A stretch of 53,369 nt of DNA from a virus (taxonomy: Duplodnaviria; Caudoviricetes): IMG/VR virus record IMGVR_UViG_3300037706_000057, positions 1 to 53,369 of that record. The stretch is one strand, 5' to 3'. The position numbers were made by a program, and so were the translations under genes. Below, piece by piece: positions 45,775 through 53,329 of this stretch. The notes under the pieces are model-generated. The model was not told the DNA's origin, made no database searches, and saw only the letters and a program-made list of their open reading frames with translations. How positions within the stretch are numbered: the stretch's first letter is position 1; every line of letters starts with the position of its first letter.

Positions 45775-46164
45775 TCAGCTCCAGTTCCCCGTGAGCAGCA
45801 CGACGGTGACCAGGGCGGCGATGAACAGCAGGAAGGCGGCCGCGTCGCCGATGGTGGTGCCGCCACGGTCGGGGGTGTCCAGCGTGGCGAGCACGGCGGC
45901 GCCGGCGGGGGTGATCTCGTAGACGGAGTAGCGGGTGCCGGGCTCGCGTACGGCGCCGGTGCGGATCAGCCCGCGGCGCCGTAGCGCGTCGATGGTGCCG
46001 CGCAGCCGGTAGGCGTGGGCGTAGCCATGGATGTACGGCCAGGCGGGGTGGGTCAGCTCGTCGCGGCGCAGGTCGCCGGCGGCGGCGGCGCGTAGTGCCC
46101 GGCGCATGGGTGGGGTGAGCTGGCGGGCGACCTGGGCGGCGCCCGGCGGGATCTGGGTGGTCAT
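45775..46164 (-). CDS. wHTH-like protein with C-terminal TM
   Basis: TIDALRRRGLI...YEITPAG, hydrophobic tail. Confidence 0.6.
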   Translation of the reverse strand: MTTQIPPGAAQVARQLTPPMRRALRAAAAGDLRRDELTHPAWPYIHGYAHAYRLRGTIDALRRRGLIRTGAVREPGTRYSVYEITPAGAAVLATLDTPDRGGTTIGDAAAFLLFIAALVTVVLLTGNWS

Positions 46165-46589
46165 GAGCGGGCTGCCTCGCTGTCACCGCGAACCTTGATC
46201 GTGAGCCCGTAGGCGTAGTAGAACGGGTTTCCGCAGGACCAGCCGACCTTCAGCTCCAGCACCGATCCCGCGTCCGCGAGGATGTGCCAGCGCGTGTATC
46301 CGTCGGTGGTGGCGACACCGGTGATTACGTGGTCTGAGCTGGGGAGATGATGAACGATCTCCTCGATATCGGTGTAGGCGCAGCAGTCGCTTTCCCCTGA
46401 CAGGATCGCTACTCGACCGTCATCGAGATACAGGCGTGTCCGCCCCCCGGCATCGGGGCCCTCTACGCGCACGATGCGGTGCCCGACGACGGCCTGGGCC
46501 AGCTCCGCCACGCTCTCCGGCATGGTCCCGTCGTCTTCGTCCTCGTCGACTCCGTGGTCGATGTAGGCGCTGTAGTCGACGCTAGTCAT
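46161..46589 (-). CDS. Conserved-looking actinophage hypothetical protein
   Basis: GAGGGGG SD, SDCCAY...GWSCGNPFYYAYG. Confidence 0.7.
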   Translation of the reverse strand: MTSVDYSAYIDHGVDEDEDDGTMPESVAELAQAVVGHRIVRVEGPDAGGRTRLYLDDGRVAILSGESDCCAYTDIEEIVHHLPSSDHVITGVATTDGYTRWHILADAGSVLELKVGWSCGNPFYYAYGLTIKVRGDSEAARS

Positions 46590-46590
46590 G

Positions 46591-46809
46591 TCAGTCCCCC
46601 TCGGGGTTGTCGGTGGTGTTGTCGCGCAGCGGCCGGCGGGGTCCACCGTTCTGGTGCTCGGCCGGGTAATCGCGGTCGTGGTGCCAGCCACCGGCCGGCC
46701 GGCCGGTGGCGCCGACGAACGGTGGCCGGGTCGGGTGGTGGGCGCCGAGCCGGTCGGGGTGGGAGTCGGCCCGGTCCCGCTGGTCGGGGTGGCGGTGCCG
46801 GCCGGTCAT
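46591..46809 (-). CDS. Hypothetical protein
   Basis: ATGA coupling, low complexity. Confidence 0.4.
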   Translation of the reverse strand: MTGRHRHPDQRDRADSHPDRLGAHHPTRPPFVGATGRPAGGWHHDRDYPAEHQNGGPRRPLRDNTTDNPEGD

Positions 46810-47009
46810 GACGCACACTCCGCGACGACGCCGAGCAGGACCGCGATGGTGGCGGCTTGGAGCAGCAGCCAGAACCAGAAGCGGCCCCGCCGGCCACCAC
46901 CGCCACCGCCGGCGGCGCGACCGTGGTTGTGGCCGGTGCCGTAGAGCCGCCCGTCGCGGTAGCCGCGGCGGTAGTCGGGGTGGTCTTTGCGGGACCGGTC
47001 GCGGCTCAT
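46806..47009 (-). CDS. Small membrane protein
   Basis: ATGA coupling, C-terminal TM. Confidence 0.55.
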   Translation of the reverse strand: MSRDRSRKDHPDYRRGYRDGRLYGTGHNHGRAAGGGGGGRRGRFWFWLLLQAATIAVLLGVVAECAS

Positions 47010-47314
47010 CGGACACCCGCCAGACGCTCCGCGTACGCCTGGTACTGCATGCGGCGGTGTGCCTGGCGCCGCCGTTCGCTGGCTGCGTGAGCCGACTTGC
47101 ACGGCCGGCACCGGCAACCCCACCCGGTGTAGGTGTGGTCGCGGCCGTGTGGCCGCAGTGTCGGGTCGGCCTTCAGCCGTGCCACCCGGGCCGACCTCAT
47201 CCGGGCCGCCTGGTCGGCGTGGCCGCTCCGGCACCGGCCACACCGGCAGTGGTAATTGGTGTAGCCGCTGGCGCCGTGGGTGTAGCCGCCCTTCGGCGCG
47301 CGTGGGGCGTTCAT
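47006..47314 (-). CDS. Basic protein with two HG...Y...CRC..C Zn-binding repeats
   Basis: Internal repeat visible in the translation. Confidence 0.75.
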   Translation of the reverse strand: MNAPRAPKGGYTHGASGYTNYHCRCGRCRSGHADQAARMRSARVARLKADPTLRPHGRDHTYTGWGCRCRPCKSAHAASERRRQAHRRMQYQAYAERLAGVR

Positions 47315-47664
47315 CGGGCACCTCGCAGCTGCACGCCGAGCACCCGGGCGACCAGCTCAGTGGTGGAGCACGGCCAAATCGGCGGCTCCCAGTCGTGGCC
47401 GTCGGCGTCGCAGCCCCGGCACTCCCACCAGATGCCGTTCAACACCGGCGCGTGAAGCTCGACCACCGCGCGGAGGGCGCCCATCATGGCGTCGGCGTCC
47501 AGCAGCGCCCGGTAGCCCGCCGGCTCCGCCGGGGGCGGCTCCGGCGGACGCGGCGGCCGAGGGTTGTTCAGCACGTCCAGCAGCGCAGCTTCGAAGCTCG
47601 CCGCGCCGGTCAGCATCTCGTCGGCGACCGGGATGTACGCCGTGGCCTTGGTCGGCTCGGTCAC
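47311..47664 (-). CDS. Hypothetical Zn-binding protein
   Basis: VELHAP...ECRGC...WPCST. Confidence 0.65.
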   Translation of the reverse strand: MTEPTKATAYIPVADEMLTGAASFEAALLDVLNNPRPPRPPEPPPAEPAGYRALLDADAMMGALRAVVELHAPVLNGIWWECRGCDADGHDWEPPIWPCSTTELVARVLGVQLRGAR

Positions 47665-47852
47665 CGTGACCACCTCGGTCCGTCGGGTCCGCCCGGGTGG
47701 GGCGTGGGCTTCGGCCAGCCGTCGTGAGGGTCGCGGTCCGGGTCGGGGTTGGGCCGGGGCAGCGCGGTCAGGGTGGTGGCCGTGGCCAGGAGAAGCCCGG
47801 CGGCGACCAGCGTCCAGCCGGCCAGCGACCAGCCGATCAGCGCGGCGGTCAT
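47661..47852 (-). CDS. Small membrane protein
   Basis: ATGA coupling, N-terminal TM. Confidence 0.5.
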   Translation of the reverse strand: MTAALIGWSLAGWTLVAAGLLLATATTLTALPRPNPDPDRDPHDGWPKPTPHPGGPDGPRWSR

Positions 47853-47959
47853 GACCCACCACCGGCGATGTCGATCAGCGTCGCCGCGGCCAGGAACGCG
47901 GCGATGGCGATGAGCCACAGCGCCACGGCGATCAGCGCGGCGGACAGCCAGCGGCTCAC
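47849..47959 (-). CDS. Small single-TM protein
   Basis: GTGA coupling, hydrophobic. Confidence 0.5.
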   Translation of the reverse strand: MSRWLSAALIAVALWLIAIAAFLAAATLIDIAGGGS

Positions 47960-48237
47960 CGGACACCGCCCGGGCTCCGGCCCAGCGCCTCCCGGGCGCG
48001 GGTGATGGCCTGGATCAGGTGCTCCGCCACCACGTCGTGGCGGTCGAGCGCGGGCAACATCCACGCCCGGGACGCCAGCCACTCGGCCAGCTCCCGCAGC
48101 GGGTCCGGCTGTGAGGCAGTCAGACTCTGCTCCGTGCACCGCCCCGACGGGTCGTCATGCAGCAGCGGCGCCTCGCCACATCCGGGGCAGGGGATGCCAG
48201 CCGGGTCCGGCACGCCGGTGGTCGGGTGGGCGCTCAT
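47956..48237 (-). CDS. Hypothetical protein
   Basis: ATGA coupling, CPGC. Confidence 0.6.
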   Translation of the reverse strand: MSAHPTTGVPDPAGIPCPGCGEAPLLHDDPSGRCTEQSLTASQPDPLRELAEWLASRAWMLPALDRHDVVAEHLIQAITRAREALGRSPGGVR

Positions 48238-48461
48238 CGCTGGCCCCCCGCCGGCTCAGTCTGGTGCTCCAGGGTGCAGGCCAGCCGCCGCAGGGCGGTC
48301 TGCCGCCGGTTGTACGCCCGCTGGTGGCGCTCGGCGGGCGGGCTGTCCGGGCCGGAGTAGATGCGCGCGGCCATCCACTGCTGGGCTGAGGCGGCCAGCC
48401 GGTCGGCCATTTCCATGACGTCCAGCGCCCGCACCGGCCGGTACGACTCGGTGAGGCTCAT
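48234..48461 (-). CDS. Hypothetical protein
   Basis: GGGAGG SD, ATGA coupling. Its 3' end duplicates that of cro. Confidence 0.65.
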   Translation of the reverse strand: MSLTESYRPVRALDVMEMADRLAASAQQWMAARIYSGPDSPPAERHQRAYNRRQTALRRLACTLEHQTEPAGGQR

Positions 48462-48703
48462 CGCTGGCCTCCCGCCGGCTCAGTGGCGGACGGGAGGAAC
48501 CGGGTCACCGGCACGCCGAGCGCGTCGGCGATCGCCTCTAGCTCGGACGGCGTGAATTCCACGTCCGCGTTCTCGTGGACTGAGAGTCGCCGCCAGGCGT
48601 ACGGCTGTGACCAGCCGAGCCGGCGGGCGAGCTCGCGCTGCGATATGCCCTGCCGAGTCATCTCGGCGCCGATTGAGTGTTTGAGGTCTTGGCTGAGTGC
48701 CAT
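48458..48703 (-). CDS. Cro-like XRE HTH regulator
   Basis: ISQRELARRLGWSQPYAWRRLS. First gene of the leftward operon. Confidence 0.88.
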   Translation of the reverse strand: MALSQDLKHSIGAEMTRQGISQRELARRLGWSQPYAWRRLSVHENADVEFTPSELEAIADALGVPVTRFLPSATEPAGGQR

Positions 48704-48709
48704 ATCGCC

Positions 48710-48738
48710 ATCATGAACCGCTGGGACACTCATAGCAA
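48710..48738 (-). promoter_or_regulatory. Lytic (cro) promoter TTGCTA-N17-CATGAT, leaderless
   Basis: -10 ends 6 nt before the cro ATG. Confidence 0.7.
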
Positions 48739-48828
48739 GCGCAGAGGCGTCAGCCGTTCGGATGATTTTGAGTCGGCTATCAGTTCATCCGCACGCCATC
48801 GGGTTGACCTGAACCGCCGTGCGGGTCA
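48714..48828. promoter_or_regulatory. Three 19-bp operator-like sites TGA-N13-TCA
   Basis: 48714-48732, 48769-48787 (inverted) and 48810-48828 all read TGAAC...TCA. The outer two fill the promoter spacers. Confidence 0.6.
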
Positions 48829-48832
48829 TAGT
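48804..48832 (+). promoter_or_regulatory. Repressor promoter TTGACC-N17-CATAGT, leaderless
   Basis: -10 ends 6 nt before ATG 48839. Confidence 0.7.
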
Positions 48833-48838
48833 GGCCGT

Positions 48839-49231
48839 ATGGATGAACTGGCGACGCTGAACGACCTAGTAGCCAGCGAGATTCGAGCATGGATCGGGCG
48901 CCGACAGACCACCGGGCGCAAGCTGGCAACCAAGATCGGGAAGTCTCAGAGTTGGGTCTCCACCCGGACCCGGGGCGAGACAGAGATCGCGGTGAACGAC
49001 CTACAGCTTTTCGCCGACGGTCTCGGGATACCGCTCGCGAGCCTGCTGCCAGCCCGCGACCTTAATCATCGTTCTGGCCACCCGACCGAAAGTATGACCC
49101 CGCGCGCCAGCACCCACCCCGCCAGCTCGGCCGTACGGACCGCACCAGCATCCACCACCCGGACAACCCGCCGGCCCACCGCCACCACCGCAACCGGCCG
49201 CACGCGCAGACCCGCATGGCAGCACGGATGA
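48839..49231 (+). CDS. Immunity repressor (XRE HTH) with low-complexity C-terminal extension
   Basis: GRKLATKIGKSQSWVSTRTRGE. Divergent from cro and upstream of the integrase. Confidence 0.85.
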   Translation: MDELATLNDLVASEIRAWIGRRQTTGRKLATKIGKSQSWVSTRTRGETEIAVNDLQLFADGLGIPLASLLPARDLNHRSGHPTESMTPRASTHPASSAVRTAPASTTRTTRRPTATTATGRTRRPAWQHG

Positions 49232-49299
49232 CACCCGGCCGGGTGGCCACCACACCCCGGGTGCGACCCGGCACGCCCGGCCCGGCCGAGCGTCCGAGC

Positions 49300-50109
49300 A
49301 TGGACGACACCCCCCACATCACCGCCTGGCTGGACCACCTCGCCGCCGTCGGCCACCCCGCCACCACCCGCGACACCTACCGCTGCGTGCTCACCCGCGC
49401 GTCCCGGGAGCTGCCCCACGGCCTTGGCCAGGCGCTGCAGGAGGAGCTGGTCGCCTGGCTGGGCACCCACCGGTCCCTGGCCACCCGCGCCGCCTACCGC
49501 GCCGCCCTGACCAGCTTCTACCGGTGGGTGTGCGCGTCGCGCCGGCTCAAGGGCGCCAACCCGGCCGCCGACCTGCCGAGGATAAAGCGGCCGCGCAGGC
49601 TGCCCCGGCCGGTCGAGCATCACGAGCTCGCGCTGATCCTGGACCGGGCGGCCGAGCCGGTCAGGACTTGGGCGGTGATCGCCGCCTACTCGGGCGCGCG
49701 GTGTTGCGAGATCGCCCGCCTGGACCGGGGCGACGTCACGGAGCAGAGCACCCGGCTGCACGGCAAGGGCGACCGGCAGCGCAGCGTGCCCACCCACCCG
49801 GCGGTGTGGGCGGCGGTGACCAAGCTGCCGGCTGGGCTGGTCGCCGGCGGGCGGACGCCGTGGCAGGTGTCCCACGCGGGCGCCGGCGAGTTCCGCCGGC
49901 TGGGGGTGGCCGGCGGGTTGCACCGGCTGCGGCACTGGTACGGCACGCACATCCAGGCGGCGGTCAGAGATCTGAGGGTGACGCAGGAACTGCTGGGCCA
50001 CGCGTCTCCGGCGACCACGGCGGTGTACACGGCGGTGTCCGACGTGGCGATGCGCGCGGCGGTGCTGGCGCTGCCGCACACGCAAGGCGACCCCGGCAGC
50101 CAGCCGTAG
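49300..50109 (+). CDS. int: Tyrosine integrase/recombinase (short, no obvious arm-binding domain)
   Basis: Catalytic R-K-H-R-H-Y: SGARCCE, HGKG, HRLRH, LLGH, TAVY. Confidence 0.93.
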   Translation: MDDTPHITAWLDHLAAVGHPATTRDTYRCVLTRASRELPHGLGQALQEELVAWLGTHRSLATRAAYRAALTSFYRWVCASRRLKGANPAADLPRIKRPRRLPRPVEHHELALILDRAAEPVRTWAVIAAYSGARCCEIARLDRGDVTEQSTRLHGKGDRQRSVPTHPAVWAAVTKLPAGLVAGGRTPWQVSHAGAGEFRRLGVAGGLHRLRHWYGTHIQAAVRDLRVTQELLGHASPATTAVYTAVSDVAMRAAVLALPHTQGDPGSQP

Positions 50110-50149
50110 CTGACTGCCGGGGTATGGTGCAGATTCCTTAGGTATGGAC

Positions 50150-50180
50150 CCGGCGAGACGCTCCGGCGCTCGCCGGTTTT
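50150..50180 (+). terminator. Intrinsic terminator after the integrase
   Basis: CCGGCGAG...CTCGCCGG followed by TTTT. Confidence 0.7.
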
Positions 50181-50185
50181 CCGTC

Positions 50186-50380
50186 TTACGCCCAGCGGGG
50201 GCGCCTCATGGTCTCGTCGATGGCCACGAGGTCCCCGAACGCGGCGTTCAGGATTGCCCGGTCATCCTCGCCGAGCAACCCGTACGCCCCGGAGACACGC
50301 GCACGCTCCAGCGCCGCGACCGTCTCCGTCACCGAGTCCATGGCTGCGTCCAGCTCCCGCCGGATCCCCTGCTCGCTCAT
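50186..50380 (-). CDS. Hypothetical protein
   Basis: GAGAGG SD. Confidence 0.6.
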   Translation of the reverse strand: MSEQGIRRELDAAMDSVTETVAALERARVSGAYGLLGEDDRAILNAAFGDLVAIDETMRRPRWA

Positions 50381-50410
50381 CGGGGCACCTCTCGTCTCGT
50401 ACGGCAAAGG

Positions 50411-50662
50411 TTACGCCCAGCGGGGTCGCCAGCGGACCAGCTCGTCCGCGGCCACCAACCGCGGCAACCGGCCCGCCGGCAACACCGACCGGGACGTCAC
50501 CAGACCAACATCAGCCGCGCCGTCCGCGCACACCCGCACCAGATCCGGCCACCGCCACACCACATGCTCCACCGTCCAACCGCGGCCCTGCGCCACCTCC
50601 GTCAGGTGCCGGATGATCCTGTCAACCTCCCGGTGCTGCGGCACGTAGAGCGCTGCCCGCAT
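50411..50662 (-). CDS. Hypothetical protein resembling a degenerate resolvase N-terminal domain
   Basis: GGAGG SD, MRAALY...GWTVEHV...GAADVGLV. Confidence 0.55.
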   Translation of the reverse strand: MRAALYVPQHREVDRIIRHLTEVAQGRGWTVEHVVWRWPDLVRVCADGAADVGLVTSRSVLPAGRLPRLVAADELVRWRPRWA

Positions 50663-50797
50663 GGCGACGCCTCCCCCTCCTCCCGCCACCACAGTGATCG
50701 CCGCGGGGGCGCGCGTGGGGGTCATCCGGACGGGTCGGCCGGCTGTCGGGTTCCGGACTGGCCGCCCCTATGTAGAGACCCTGCTACAGTGAGCCCC

Positions 50798-51064
50798 ATG
50801 CACGTGACTGTAGCCACGGCGAAGGTCCTGGCCGCGTTCCTGGACACGCAGCCCCGGTACGGCCTGGAGCTGATGCGGGAGACCGGTCTGCAATCCGGGA
50901 CGCTGTACCCGATCCTGGCCCGGCTGGAGCGCGCCGGCTGGGTCGACTCCGCCGCGGAGGACGTGGCGCCGCAGTCCGTCCGCCGGCCGCGTCGCCGCTA
51001 CTACCGGCTGACCGGGAAGGGCGACGCAGCCGCCCGTCTTTGCAGAGCCGCCCTCGCCCTTTAG
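50798..51064 (+). CDS. PadR-family transcriptional regulator
   Basis: YGLEL...SGTLYPILARLERAGWV...RRYYRLTGKG. TACAGT 7 nt before the ATG. Confidence 0.92.
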   Translation: MHVTVATAKVLAAFLDTQPRYGLELMRETGLQSGTLYPILARLERAGWVDSAAEDVAPQSVRRPRRRYYRLTGKGDAAARLCRAALAL

Positions 51065-51426
51065 GGTCGCCACCCCTGCCGGTAGTCCTCGTGGTCGGCA
51101 TAGGGCAGGGCGAGCGACCGGAGGGTGGACAGTGCCAGCCCGTACTCGCCCGGTCCGGTCCCGGCGTCGTTGATGCTGGCCATGCAGTCGTCCACGATCT
51201 GCCGATCGGCAGCCACCCGGCGCAGCACCCGGTCCGGGTCATGCCGGGCCATGTGCAGGGCCGCGTTACGCGGTGCCAGCGCCAAGCCGTCCAGATCCCC
51301 ACCTGCTACCTGGACCACGCCGGTTGACGGCACGTCCCAATCTCGGTAGCCGTCGCCCTGGCAAGCGGCCAGCGCATCGAACTCAACGTCGGCCAGCCGG
51401 GCGAGCACAAACTCCACCAGCGTCAC
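51061..51426 (-). CDS. DUF6221-like protein
   Basis: LVEFVLARL...RHDPDRVLR...LALPYADHEDYRQGWRP. Confidence 0.75.
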   Translation of the reverse strand: MTLVEFVLARLADVEFDALAACQGDGYRDWDVPSTGVVQVAGGDLDGLALAPRNAALHMARHDPDRVLRRVAADRQIVDDCMASINDAGTGPGEYGLALSTLRSLALPYADHEDYRQGWRP

Positions 51427-51629
51427 GGCTCACTCCGATCAACACACTGCCGCGGATGCGTATCTTCGTAGATGAACGCGACGCTGAGGCCCATGACGAA
51501 CACGGCGAAGACCAGAACGACCCCCGCAGCCACCCTGGCGGCACCCCAAAGGCCGGTCGCGCCGGTCGCGAAGCTGGACCCGACCGCCAGGCCCCCGAGC
51601 AGCAGCCCGGTGATAACCAGCCAGTCCAT
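51423..51629 (-). CDS. Small 2-TM membrane protein
   Basis: Coupled ORF, hydrophobic. Confidence 0.6.
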   Translation of the reverse strand: MDWLVITGLLLGGLAVGSSFATGATGLWGAARVAAGVVLVFAVFVMGLSVAFIYEDTHPRQCVDRSEP

Positions 51630-51850
51630 CAGTCCACACTCCGATCAAGATCAGTCCGGGTCAGGTCACCGTGCCGCCGGATGTACGCCCGCAGCGCCCG
51701 CACCACCACCGCGGTGAGGGTCTCCCCCTCCACTCCGGCAGCCGCCCGCGCGCGGGCAATCTCCAGCGCCGGGTACCACAGCTCATTCGGGATGCGCATG
51801 GCGTGTAGGCGGGTACCCGGGTAGGGCGGGTCGCCCGGCTCCGTGGCCAT
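51629..51850 (-). CDS. Ribbon-helix-helix DNA-binding protein
   Basis: HAMRIPNELW...ETLTAVVVRALRAY. Confidence 0.75.
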   Translation of the reverse strand: MATEPGDPPYPGTRLHAMRIPNELWYPALEIARARAAAGVEGETLTAVVVRALRAYIRRHGDLTRTDLDRSVD

Positions 51851-52227
51851 CACGCCACCGCCAACTCGGCCCAGGTGGTCCACCGCGCCTGGCCGGTCGG
51901 GATGGCCAGCGGCTCGCCGTCGAAGCCAGTCCCGACCCGCTCGCCCTCAAAGATGACCACCGCGTCGTTGTCGCCAACGATCATGTGCTCGGTGGCGTAG
52001 GCGATCAGGTCGGCGGCGCTCTCGCATGCCGAGTAGCCGTAGCTGGCGTCATCCCAGCCGGTGCCTCCGCAGGTCGGGCAGTCCTGCTCGCCGGGCAGGC
52101 AGCGGGTGCAGCGGGTCTTAGTGCCGTCCTGGTTCCACTCGGCGCCCCACGGGGCGGACCAGGCGTTCTCGGGGGAGAACGTCGGCGCGTCCGGGTTGGT
52201 GTGGAGCCGGTAGTAGGTCTCGGTCAT
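51850..52227 (-). CDS. Hypothetical protein with Zn ribbon, possible ADP-ribosyltransferase-like fold
   Basis: YYRLH...CTRC..CPTC...GYSACES...DGE. TACACT 6 nt before the ATG. Confidence 0.65.
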   Translation of the reverse strand: MTETYYRLHTNPDAPTFSPENAWSAPWGAEWNQDGTKTRCTRCLPGEQDCPTCGGTGWDDASYGYSACESAADLIAYATEHMIVGDNDAVVIFEGERVGTGFDGEPLAIPTGQARWTTWAELAVA

Positions 52228-52236
52228 GCCTCAAGT

Positions 52237-52346
52237 GTAGCTACGTAGCTGGTATACGGCATCGCCTGAACGTAGCTACATGACTGACCGAAAGTATGAC
52301 CCCTCAGGCTTGTCAGTAGCTACATGGTGAGCTAAGCTGTAGATAC
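52237..52346. promoter_or_regulatory. Four GTAGCTAC-type palindromic operators
   Basis: GTAGCTAC at 52237, 52272, 52316 and GTAGATAC at 52339, overlapping both divergent promoters. Confidence 0.75.
52310..52338 (+). promoter_or_regulatory. Rightward promoter TTGTCA-N17-TAAGCT
   Basis: Near-consensus housekeeping sigma elements with 17-nt spacing. Confidence 0.7.
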
Positions 52347-52785
52347 AAGAGAAAAGAGAAGCCAGAAGCTCAGGAGAAACCACAGGGCCGCGAAGATCCG
52401 AAAGGGGAGCGGAAGCCGGAACCGGGAGGAGAAGGAAGGAGGACCTGCAGCCTCCTAGCTGGCGCGGCTGACCCGTTAACCGGCGATGTGCTCCCCGGAC
52501 TGGCTCAGCGGGAACCGGGGATAGGCCGAAGTCGCCCCCATCAATGAGCCCTACACCCGCGCCAGCTAGGAGGATGCAGGACGCAGGGTCCTGCAGCCTC
52601 CAGCACAGCCAGCGCCCAGCGGACCCGGGTAACCGGGGGAAGCCGCGCGGCACGGCAAGGTCACGGTCTGGGCGTGGCCGCGAGTCGTCGCCGCTATACC
52701 CGCACCGCTTGCGGACCATGTGGATGAAAGAGCAGCGTCGCTGGCTGTGCCGGTGGATGCAGGACCGAGAGAGGACAGGAACGCT
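52345..52785 (+). ncRNA. Candidate structured ncRNA / long 5' leader
   Basis: 24-bp and 28-bp closing stems, GNRA tetraloops, potential pseudoknot, no convincing ORF. Confidence 0.6.
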
Positions 52786-53013
52786 ATGACCATCTACACG
52801 CTGTTCTACAACAGCAGCTATCTCGGGGCCTTCCGGGAGCGTCCGGCTGCGCAGGCAGCCGCCCGGAAGCGGGCCGAGTACCGCGACGAGCCGTACCCCG
52901 ACGAGGCTGTGACCTGGGAGGAGGACGCGACCCCGGGCTGTAAGACCCGCTGGATCATGAGCGTCGGTGGCGAGTGGAGCGGCTACCACGTCACCGAGGA
53001 CCAGCTCCGCTGA
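52786..53013 (+). CDS. Hypothetical early protein (allele B of 109-336)
   Basis: Same length, scattered amino-acid substitutions. Confidence 0.8.
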   Translation: MTIYTLFYNSSYLGAFRERPAAQAAARKRAEYRDEPYPDEAVTWEEDATPGCKTRWIMSVGGEWSGYHVTEDQLR

Positions 53014-53074
53014 CCGGGCCGTCGGCCACACTGACACCCACCACCCACTACCACCACCGAAAGGGATGATCTTG

Positions 53075-53329
53075 ATGAACGCCACCACCACCCAGACCGC
53101 CAAGGATCTTCGCGACCGGCTCGACGCCGGACTGGTGGTCCTGATGGTCCACCCCGGCAGGCCCGAGCTGGGCTGGCGCCGGTACTCCAGGCACCCAGAC
53201 AGCGGCTACCTGCTGATCGCCGAGCGCGGCGACGGGTGGGGTGAGCAGCTCGGCCCGCGGGAGGTCCACGGGGCGCTGCTGGGTGACCTACTGGACCACT
53301 GGACCGTGTCCACACCGAGCGAGGGTTGA
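53075..53329 (+). CDS. Hypothetical early protein (allele B of 377-619)
   Basis: 4 aa longer at the N-terminus, otherwise near-identical. Confidence 0.8.
   Translation: MNATTTQTAKDLRDRLDAGLVVLMVHPGRPELGWRRYSRHPDSGYLLIAERGDGWGEQLGPREVHGALLGDLLDHWTVSTPSEG

Noticed and set aside
49045-49075. tRNA-derived attP core
   Set aside because: The peptide LPARDLNH recalls such sites, but the DNA lacks the TCGAACC T-loop complement. No tRNA genes were seen anywhere in the window.
52468-52556. Assignment to cobalamin riboswitch or twister/pistol/HDV ribozyme
   Set aside because: Only short fragments resemble these consensus motifs and the required cores were not found by eye; needs Infernal.
52276-53103. 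275-aa minus-strand ORF over the leader
   Set aside because: Antisense to two supported genes and the promoter, low-information composition.
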